Below, piece by piece: positions 53,527 to 64,000 of a stretch of 64,000 nucleotides of DNA (the first letter of the stretch is position 1; each line of letters starts with the position of its first letter). Source of the stretch: Synechococcus sp. (GTDB lineage: Bacteria > Cyanobacteriota > Cyanobacteriia > PCC-6307 > Cyanobiaceae); NCBI GenBank assembly GCA_047285535.1, contig JBJBDC010000001.1, forward strand, positions 1,440,136 through 1,504,135, in the 5' to 3' direction. Made by a program: the position numbers and the translations under genes. Below the pieces are notes generated by a model. It had not been told where the DNA came from, did no database searches, and saw nothing but the letters and a program-made list of their open reading frames with translations.

Positions 53527-55164
53527 ATGCCTATGGCTGAGGATCAGCCCCCACAGCACGAACAAAACCTTCATCTTTCCTCTCAAGGAACCCTTGCGAT
53601 CGATCTAGGAAGCACCAATACGGTGGTGGCCTTTCATGACGGAAGCGCATCGTCGCCTGAACTCCTTGATCTTTCACCGATTAGTCAACGACCTGGGGAG
53701 GTTCCAAGCCTCATTTGGAGTAGCGCTCCTGACAATCAACAGCCTCTGGTGGGCCGACAGGTTCTCGAATGCGGACTCTCTCATGAGTCTTCGCTTGATC
53801 TCCATCGTGACTTCAAACGTTGGATTGGAGTTTTAGATCAGTCCAATCTTCCTTCACATCCGCTCAGCCCCGAACAGGCTGGCGAAATCCTCTTGCATCA
53901 AATCTGGGAGCATCTGCCAACAACATTGTCAGTCAAGCGGCTGGTGCTAACGGCTCCAGTGGATCAAGCGCTCGGGTATCGCCAATGGTTGTTAAAAGCA
54001 TGCGCAGCGCTTCCGGTTGATGAAGTTGCTCTCGTGGATGAACCAACCGCTGCTGCCATGGGTGCAGGTCTCCCTGCAGGATCCAAGCTGTTGGTGGTGG
54101 ATCTCGGTGGTGGCACTTTGGACCTATCCCTAGTTGCTCTAGAAGGAGGCGAGGGAAGAGCTGCTCCATTGGCTCAGCTTCTGCGCTTCAAAGGACGAGA
54201 CCTAAAAAACAGTAAGCAAACCATCCGTTCCGCAAGGGTGCTAGGGAAAGCTGGTATTTCCATTGGGGGAAGAGATCTCGATCATTGGATCGTTGATCAC
54301 CTGTGTTCAAAGGATCAAAGCCTGATCCTCCACAATCAGATCAGCCTTCTGAATGCGGCTGAACGATTGAAATGCCGCCTCAGCAATCCCAGGATCGGAG
54401 AGAAAGAGACCATCAATGAGATAGCTAGCGACATTCACCTCTCCAATCCGATCACCTTGTCCCTCAATCGCAAACAATTCCATGAGCTTCTCGAACGCCG
54501 CGGATTGCTCAAGGTGCTGGAAGGACTCCTAGATCGAACTCTGGCCTCTGCTCGCCAGCATGGTTGCCGATTAGAAGATCTAAACGCAGTCGTAGCTGTT
54601 GGCGGTGGCGCCCAGCTGCCGTTGATACGTCAATGGCTTTCAGAGACCATGCATCCAGTCCCATTGCTGACTCCTCCACCCATTCAAGCCGTTGCCACCG
54701 GTGCTCTCAAACTTACCCCTGGGGTTCGAATCAGAGATCTTCTCCAAAAAGGGGTGTTTTTGCGTTGCTGGGATCGTCGTCGTAATGCACATCACTGGCA
54801 TCCATTATTTCTGAGCGGCCAACCATGGCCCTCTCTTCAACCATTAGTCCTGATTCTGAGCGCCAGCCGCAACGATCAAGAAGAGCTTGAGCTTCTGCTG
54901 GGTGAACCCCTTGGCGAAAAGCGACATGAAGTGGTGTTCATCCAAGGGCTGCCCACAATCAGGGAGAACAACAACGTTCCCGAAACTATCAATCCACTAT
55001 CCCAAAAAAGAATTGTTCTTGATCTCAAACCTCCAGGCCAGCCTGGCGAAGACTGTATGCGACTCTCTTTTCATCTAGACGAAAATGCGAACCTCGTCCT
55101 GAGCGGTCATGATCTAAGAACCGGTGTAGAAATCGAACCTCGTCACCTGTTAATTGTGCAGTGA
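53527..55164 (+). CDS. Hsp70-family protein (atypical DnaK-like)
   Basis: AIDLGSTNT, DEPTAAA, DLGGGTLD, GGRDLD, VGGG; short divergent C-terminus. Confidence 0.88.
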   Translation: MPMAEDQPPQHEQNLHLSSQGTLAIDLGSTNTVVAFHDGSASSPELLDLSPISQRPGEVPSLIWSSAPDNQQPLVGRQVLECGLSHESSLDLHRDFKRWIGVLDQSNLPSHPLSPEQAGEILLHQIWEHLPTTLSVKRLVLTAPVDQALGYRQWLLKACAALPVDEVALVDEPTAAAMGAGLPAGSKLLVVDLGGGTLDLSLVALEGGEGRAAPLAQLLRFKGRDLKNSKQTIRSARVLGKAGISIGGRDLDHWIVDHLCSKDQSLILHNQISLLNAAERLKCRLSNPRIGEKETINEIASDIHLSNPITLSLNRKQFHELLERRGLLKVLEGLLDRTLASARQHGCRLEDLNAVVAVGGGAQLPLIRQWLSETMHPVPLLTPPPIQAVATGALKLTPGVRIRDLLQKGVFLRCWDRRRNAHHWHPLFLSGQPWPSLQPLVLILSASRNDQEELELLLGEPLGEKRHEVVFIQGLPTIRENNNVPETINPLSQKRIVLDLKPPGQPGEDCMRLSFHLDENANLVLSGHDLRTGVEIEPRHLLIVQ

Positions 55165-55239
55165 ACGGTCCGTCCACACATCATTGAGACTCCTTCCTCA
55201 GATCCATAGAAAGGAGTCCTTATAGAGAGGCTTTGGACT

Positions 55240-56079
55240 TTGGCGCTGCGTCGCCACCTGCCCCACTTTTGGATCAGCGTGACCCTTGGCGGAGTCGCAG
55301 TGCTTTGTGCTGGAGCTTATTTGTGGGAGCAACAGCTACCGCGAAAATTGAGTATGGCGCTAGCACACGATGACTTGCCAGCCTGCCTACGTTATGCAGA
55401 GCAATTGGCAGCGTTGCGTTGGCTTGGTCAGGAAGCCCCTGAAGAACTGGCCATTTGTCGCCGAAGGCTGGCTCAGCAAACCTGGGATCAGGCTGATCCT
55501 GGTGAAGCTTTGCTACTCCAGGAGAAGCTTGTCAATTCAGGTGTTGGCTCCCCACTGCAGAACGAGCGTGATCAAAAGCAGCTGAGACTCTGGCGTGATG
55601 AATTGCGCGAGCAGGCCCTGTCACAATTTCGCGCTGGCAACCTCACCAAGGCTTTGACCCTACTGCGTCCGCTGGAGAAGCACGATGGAAGACAAGGGAG
55701 TCGTCTAAGTGACAGTCTCCAAGAAAGTTGGAACCGCAATCGTCTTGAGCTTGAAAAGCTGAACGAGCACGTCACCCAAGAACGATGGTGGGAAGCTCTA
55801 AGCGCTCTGAATCAGCTTGATCACCCCTGGTGGCAACAACAAGCCAAACCGATACGTCAGAAGGTTGAGCAGGCCATTGACGATCTACGTGATCAAAAAG
55901 AACACCACAGTCACGGAGCCATGCCGGCGCATACCGTGGCTAGAGATCAATTGAATGATGCAGTAGAAGCCCATCTCAGTGCAGGACTGGCTCCCTGGGA
56001 CGCGTTCATGGCGGGATGCTCCGATCTTGGCGGCACCATCATCGAAGACGGCCCAGAAACCCTTTGTCGGGCGGAATGA
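55240..56079 (+). CDS. Hypothetical helical protein with an N-terminal TM segment
   Basis: 279-aa ORF filling the gap between core genes. Confidence 0.7.
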   Translation: MALRRHLPHFWISVTLGGVAVLCAGAYLWEQQLPRKLSMALAHDDLPACLRYAEQLAALRWLGQEAPEELAICRRRLAQQTWDQADPGEALLLQEKLVNSGVGSPLQNERDQKQLRLWRDELREQALSQFRAGNLTKALTLLRPLEKHDGRQGSRLSDSLQESWNRNRLELEKLNEHVTQERWWEALSALNQLDHPWWQQQAKPIRQKVEQAIDDLRDQKEHHSHGAMPAHTVARDQLNDAVEAHLSAGLAPWDAFMAGCSDLGGTIIEDGPETLCRAE

Positions 56080-56134
56080 TTAAGGCAACTCTCCTGCTCT
56101 CCGTGAGACAATCACCTGACTTGAACGGACGTCC

Positions 56135-56356
56135 ATGCAACCGGGTGACAAGGTTGTTGTCTCCACCAGTGTTGTGGTTTTCAACCACCCCCAACATCGC
56201 GGAGAGAGTTTTGATATGGAAGGGATAGAGGGAGAAGTGTTCAAGGTGCTCGACAAATGGAATGGACGTCCGATCAGCCCAACACTTCCAGTTGTTGTGG
56301 CTTTTGGCAGGTATAAAGCTCACTTCCGAGCAGACGAACTCGCTCCAGCTGCTTAA
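56135..56356 (+). CDS. ftrV: Ferredoxin-thioredoxin reductase variable chain
   Basis: VVVFNHPQHR, WNGRPISPTLP, AHFRADEL. Confidence 0.92.
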   Translation: MQPGDKVVVSTSVVVFNHPQHRGESFDMEGIEGEVFKVLDKWNGRPISPTLPVVVAFGRYKAHFRADELAPAA

Positions 56357-56365
56357 GGAAGTGCC

Positions 56366-56938
56366 TCAGCAATCAGGGTTGTTTTCTGATAATCGTCGAA
56401 GGAAAACTCCTTCCTCTCCATCTAGCCCAAGCAAGCGCAACTCAACGGTTTCCGATCGACGTGTCGGAACAACCCTGCCGCAAAAGTCAGGCTGGATTGG
56501 CAATTCTCGATGACCTCGGTCCACCATCACAAGGAGAAAGACTCGGCGCGGTCTACCCCAAGCTTGAATCGCTTCTAATGCTGCTCTGACAGTCCTCCCT
56601 GTAAAAACCACGTCATCAACTAACACCACATCCCTTCCCTCAACACTCACGGGAAGATCAGTGGCCTGCACCATGCGAACTCCTACTCGACCCAAATCAT
56701 CGCGATGGAATGTGGGGTCAAGGGTGCCGGTGGAAATAGCATGACCGCTCTGATCCTTTAATGAGTGCGCAAGTACACCAGCTAATTGCACGCCCCTGGT
56801 AGGGATCCCTAAGAGAAGCAGAGATTCAACCGAGGTCACCGACTCCAACACCTGAGACGCCAGACGGGTCAGAGTCTTCCTTAACTCCTCTTCGGAGAGG
56901 ATTTCAATTCGATCATCCCCGATGTCGCTAGCTGCCAT
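56366..56938 (-). CDS. pyrR: Pyrimidine regulatory protein / uracil PRTase
   Basis: LGIPTRG, LVDDVVFTGRT.RAA, DRGHRELPIQPD. Confidence 0.95.
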   Translation of the reverse strand: MAASDIGDDRIEILSEEELRKTLTRLASQVLESVTSVESLLLLGIPTRGVQLAGVLAHSLKDQSGHAISTGTLDPTFHRDDLGRVGVRMVQATDLPVSVEGRDVVLVDDVVFTGRTVRAALEAIQAWGRPRRVFLLVMVDRGHRELPIQPDFCGRVVPTRRSETVELRLLGLDGEEGVFLRRLSENNPDC

Positions 56939-57078
56939 AACTTTTTGGAGTTCAGTGTATGAACGTTTTTTGCCAGCCCGATCAGCTTTTGCGAACCGAA
57001 CAGGTATCAATCAGATCCTTTTGGACAATAGGGAGGTAACTTGAATCCGTGGAGGGTCTTAAGAACTGAGATTAACGA

Positions 57079-58710
57079 GTGAACGTACCGAACAACATCG
57101 AAGGAAATTGTCTCCGCAGCGATTCAGTTGCCCCTGTGGTTCTTGCGATTCTTGATGGCTGGGGGATTTGTGACTCAACTCAGCACAATGCCATCCGCAC
57201 AGCATCCACACCCATCATCGATGCGCTCTGGCATGCATACCCCCACGCTTTGATTGAAGCGAGCGGATCGCATGTGGGGCTGCCCGACGGTCAGATGGGC
57301 AATTCAGAAGTCGGACATCTGACCATCGGGGCTGGTCGAATCATCCGCCAAGAGCTTGTGCGCATAAGCGAAACAGTAAGAGAACAACAGCTTTGCAGTA
57401 CCCCAGCTCTTCAATCACTCGCAGAACGTTTACGCAGGACAGGTGGCACGCTTCATCTGCTTGGTCTGTGTTCCGATGGCGGAGTCCATAGTCACGTTGA
57501 CCACTTATGTGGACTTCTCGAATGGGCAGGATCAGAAGGCCTTGAGAATGTGGCAATCCATGCCGTAACTGACGGGCGAGACACACCAACCCAAAGCGCA
57601 CCAAAGCACTTAGCCAAAGTGGAAAGTGCTATCAAACGTTATCGAACCGGTCGAATTGCAAGCCTCTGCGGACGGTACTGGGCGATGGATCGGGACCATC
57701 GATGGGAGAGGACTGAACGGGCTTATTCCCTTCTTACCGATCCAAATTGGGAATGTACCGGGAATGATCCTTTGTCCGTTCTGACACGCAGCTACACGGA
57801 AGGCATCACCGATGAATTCCTTGAACCTGTTCGCCTCTCCGATGACCCTCTACGCGACGGTGACGCGCTGGTGATGTTTAATTTCCGACCTGACCGAGCC
57901 CGACAGATCATCCAAGCACTCACACTTCCAGAGTTTGAAGGCTTCACTCGGGTTCACCAACCATCGCTGGAGGTAGTGACATTTACGCAATACGAAACCG
58001 ATCTGCCGGTCTCAGTTGCGTTTCCACCCGAATGCCTCGATCAACTTCTGGGGCAAGTCGTTGCTGATGCCGGTCTCAAGCAATACCGCACAGCCGAAAC
58101 CGAGAAATATCCCCATGTCACCTATTTCATGAACGGCGGCATTGAACAACCCCTTAGAGGCGAAAAAAGACATCTAGTTCCTTCGCCCCGCGTTGCCACC
58201 TATGACCAAGCTCCTGAGATGTCAGCAGATTCGCTCACCGAAAGCTGTGTTGCAGCAATCAAACAGGGAGAACACTCCTTGGTCGTTATTAACTACGCCA
58301 ACCCCGACATGGTGGGACATACAGGCAATATGGAGGCTGCAACAAGGGCAATTGAAACCGTTGACCGTTGCATCGGAAAACTCCTTGATGCCGTTGGTCA
58401 GATGGGTGGCACCTTGCTAATCACTGCAGACCATGGGAACGCAGAACTCATGCAAGGGCCTGATGGTCAAGCCTGGACTGCTCACACGACCAATCCAGTG
58501 CCTGTCATTTTGATTGAAGGAGAGAAGCGTAAGGTTCAAGGTTTAGGAAATTCCATTCGGCTACGCGACAATGGAGGTCTTGCAGACATCGCTCCGACTC
58601 TTCTTCAGCTTCTTCATTTGGACAAACCCGAAGCGATGACGGGCACCTCCTTGATTGAACCGATCGAAGCCACAACACCAGCAACGACCAAGCTGCCTCA
58701 ACCCGTTTAA
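57079..58710 (+). CDS. gpmI: 2,3-BPG-independent phosphoglycerate mutase
   Basis: [38 protein letters not shown]. Confidence 0.97.
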   Translation: MNVPNNIEGNCLRSDSVAPVVLAILDGWGICDSTQHNAIRTASTPIIDALWHAYPHALIEASGSHVGLPDGQMGNSEVGHLTIGAGRIIRQELVRISETVREQQLCSTPALQSLAERLRRTGGTLHLLGLCSDGGVHSHVDHLCGLLEWAGSEGLENVAIHAVTDGRDTPTQSAPKHLAKVESAIKRYRTGRIASLCGRYWAMDRDHRWERTERAYSLLTDPNWECTGNDPLSVLTRSYTEGITDEFLEPVRLSDDPLRDGDALVMFNFRPDRARQIIQALTLPEFEGFTRVHQPSLEVVTFTQYETDLPVSVAFPPECLDQLLGQVVADAGLKQYRTAETEKYPHVTYFMNGGIEQPLRGEKRHLVPSPRVATYDQAPEMSADSLTESCVAAIKQGEHSLVVINYANPDMVGHTGNMEAATRAIETVDRCIGKLLDAVGQMGGTLLITADHGNAELMQGPDGQAWTAHTTNPVPVILIEGEKRKVQGLGNSIRLRDNGGLADIAPTLLQLLHLDKPEAMTGTSLIEPIEATTPATTKLPQPV

Positions 58711-58723
58711 GTATGATCGATCC

Positions 58724-58954
58724 ATGCTTACGTCTGTTCTCTCCTGGGTTTGGATCGGCAGTGGAGCCGTTCTGATTCTGCTTGTCCTGTTGCATAGTCC
58801 CAAGGGGGATGGCATGGGAGGTCTTGCAGCAAGTGGAAGTTCATCGTTCACCAACTCCAGCAGTGCAGAAGCAACGCTGAATCGCATCACCTGGACAACA
58901 CTTTCTTTTTTCCTTGCCTTAGCCGTCATTCTGAGTGCAGGCTGGCTTAGTTAG
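58724..58954 (+). CDS. secG: Preprotein translocase subunit SecG
   Basis: LVLLHSPKGDGMGG, AEATLNRITW. Confidence 0.95.
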   Translation: MLTSVLSWVWIGSGAVLILLVLLHSPKGDGMGGLAASGSSSFTNSSSAEATLNRITWTTLSFFLALAVILSAGWLS

Positions 58955-59300
58955 TTCAGTCAAATCTCGGACGCCGCTCGTCCGCCAAGACACAACTTAA
59001 TCCATATTAAGCGCTTGATTAATTTTGCATGTTATGTTCTAACTCCTGAATGTCTTGGATCAAGTGAACATCCCACGGCCTATACTTTTCCAAGCAAATG
59101 TCAAGGCTTTCAATTTCTTCTGCTGGGAGAAATCTCAGAGCCACCCTAAGCAGTCCTCGAACAATCAATGATACTGAGTAGCTTCGATTTTTCAGTAATC
59201 ATTAAGGACTGGTCAAGAGTCTCGCCACACGAAGGCATCTCAACGATGCAAGTTATTTACTGACCAAAGAAAAATATAATTTATAGAGAAGCACATCCAT

Positions 59301-59329
59301 AAAAAAAGCCCCCGGATAAACGGAGGCTT
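59301..59329 (-). terminator. Intrinsic terminator after groEL
   Basis: Minus strand reads AAGCCTCCG-tttatc-CGGGGGCTTTTTTT. Confidence 0.85.
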
Positions 59330-59356
59330 AGGAAGATATAGAGAGTCGGTGATCGA

Positions 59357-61000
<1,644 letters not shown>

Positions 61001-61063
61001 TTAAAAGAAAGTGAAGGGAAAATTTGGCCTGTTCTGAGATAACACTCAGTTTGAGTGCTGTGG

Positions 61064-61375
61064 TTAGCTCACAACAGCGAGGATGTCTTTCTCAGACAGA
61101 AGCACGTACTCATCACTACCAAGCTTGATATCAGTACCGGCGTACTTGCTGTAGAGAACTTTGTCGCCAACACCAACTTCTGGAGCCTGACGGCTGCCGT
61201 CATCGTTGGATTTGCCAGGACCCACCTGAACAACCTCACCAACTTGTGGCTTTTCTTTTGCTGTATCAGGAAGAAGGATCCCACCTGCAGTTTTCTCCTC
61301 AGATTCGGAGATTTTCACAAAGACGCGATCTCCAAGGGGCTTAACGGTGGAGACGCTGAGGGAAACAGCTGCCAT
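61064..61375 (-). CDS. groES: Co-chaperonin GroES
   Basis: KPLGDRV, GGILLPD.AKEKP, KYAGT. Confidence 0.99.
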   Translation of the reverse strand: MAAVSLSVSTVKPLGDRVFVKISESEEKTAGGILLPDTAKEKPQVGEVVQVGPGKSNDDGSRQAPEVGVGDKVLYSKYAGTDIKLGSDEYVLLSEKDILAVVS

Positions 61376-61427
61376 AAGTAGTTAAAAAGCGGGAACAGGG
61401 CGCTTGGCGCCACTCAAACGACACGAG

Positions 61428-63061
<1,634 letters not shown>

Positions 63062-63132
63062 TTGGCATCGGGGCGCTTATGCCCCGAGAATGACCACCGA
63101 TTTGCCTACCCACTCTCCGCAGCCTTCTTTCC

Positions 63133-63540
63133 ATGTCCCTCACCCTCCGCGTTCTGGCACCAGACCAGAGCGTGTTCGATGGTTCGGCCGATGAGGTGAT
63201 CCTCCCTAGCACCACTGGCCAGGTTGGCATCCTTCCAGGCCACGTCTCACTACTTGCGGCGCTGGACGTCGGAGTTTTACGCGTCCGTACCAACAGCAAT
63301 TGGCAATCCATCGCCTTGATGGGTGGATTCGCAGAGATTGAATCAGATGATGTCACTGTTCTCGTGAATTCAGCTGAACTCGGCGTCAACATCGACTCCA
63401 CTTCCGCTGAAAATGATCTATCAGCAGCTCTCACAGCTGTGACGAAACTCGAAGGCCAACCGTCCTCACCTGACAAAGTGAAAGCACAACAAGTTCTTCA
63501 ACGAGCAAGGGCACGAGCTCAAGCGAGCAAATCCTCTTAA
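63133..63540 (+). CDS. atpC: ATP synthase F1 epsilon subunit
   Basis: LPSTTGQVGILPGH, GGFAE, RARAR. Confidence 0.97.
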   Translation: MSLTLRVLAPDQSVFDGSADEVILPSTTGQVGILPGHVSLLAALDVGVLRVRTNSNWQSIALMGGFAEIESDDVTVLVNSAELGVNIDSTSAENDLSAALTAVTKLEGQPSSPDKVKAQQVLQRARARAQASKSS

Positions 63541-63577
63541 GTCCAATTTGTAAGATCAACTGTTAATCATTGAAGGC

Positions 63578-63606
63578 AAGCACTCCAAAAGGGGTGCTTT
63601 TTATTT
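63578..63606 (+). terminator. Intrinsic terminator after atpC
   Basis: AAGCACTCC-aaaa-GGGGTGCTT followed by TTTATTT. Confidence 0.85.
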
Positions 63607-63632
63607 GGGATTGATGGGATTGATGGGATTGA
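63606..63632. repeat. Short tandem repeat (TGGGATTGA)x3
   Basis: Three perfect 9-nt copies between convergent terminators. Confidence 0.85.
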
Positions 63633-63661
63633 TTGCACAGCGCCCTAAGACTTAATTGAAT

Positions 63662-63689
63662 AAAAAAAGCTCCGTCAAAAACGGAGCTT
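63662..63689 (-). terminator. Intrinsic terminator after ycf65
   Basis: Minus strand reads AAGCTCCGT-ttttg-ACGGAGCTTTTTTT. Confidence 0.85.
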
Positions 63690-63728
63690 GCCAAGCAGTC
63701 ATAACTTTTTAGAGCGCCTATCACCAAT

Positions 63729-64000
<272 letters not shown>

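Overview
This window looks like marine picocyanobacterial chromosome, most likely Synechococcus: it has full-length kaiA, a phycoerythrin-type linker and a Som-type porin, and I noticed only one HIP1 octamer. The core gene order is lpxB(partial)-lpxA-fabZ-lpxC-bamA-purC, purD-nblS, kaiABC, rplU-rpmA, truB-yebC, then oxoprolinase-nagB-spoIID, rnz-psbV, petF-prmA-serA, tRNA-Val, murD, rpoZ, ftrV, pyrR, gpmI-secG, groESL (CIRCE plus K-box), atpD-atpC and partial ycf65. A roughly 16 kb AT-richer, gene-sparse accessory island with no integrase lies between yebC and the oxoprolinase gene (about 17.3-33.6 kb). It encodes small lipoproteins, an aldehyde dehydrogenase, a DMT transporter, a secreted cupin and a metal cluster: CDF exporter, two ferritins of different types, an SLH porin, a TM2 protein and feoA-feoB, with Fur/Zur-like boxes. 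The strongest leads are (1) a stand-alone phycoerythrin-type linker with a CpcL-like membrane tail inserted after psbV, (2) a DnaA-box cluster at about 52.3-52.55 kb with no dnaA or dnaN in the window, (3) the iron uptake/storage cluster, and (4) a one-base-deleted Yfr1 sRNA target site upstream of a mosaic porin. All calls come from reading the sequence and translations by eye. No searches were run, and GC remarks are visual estimates.
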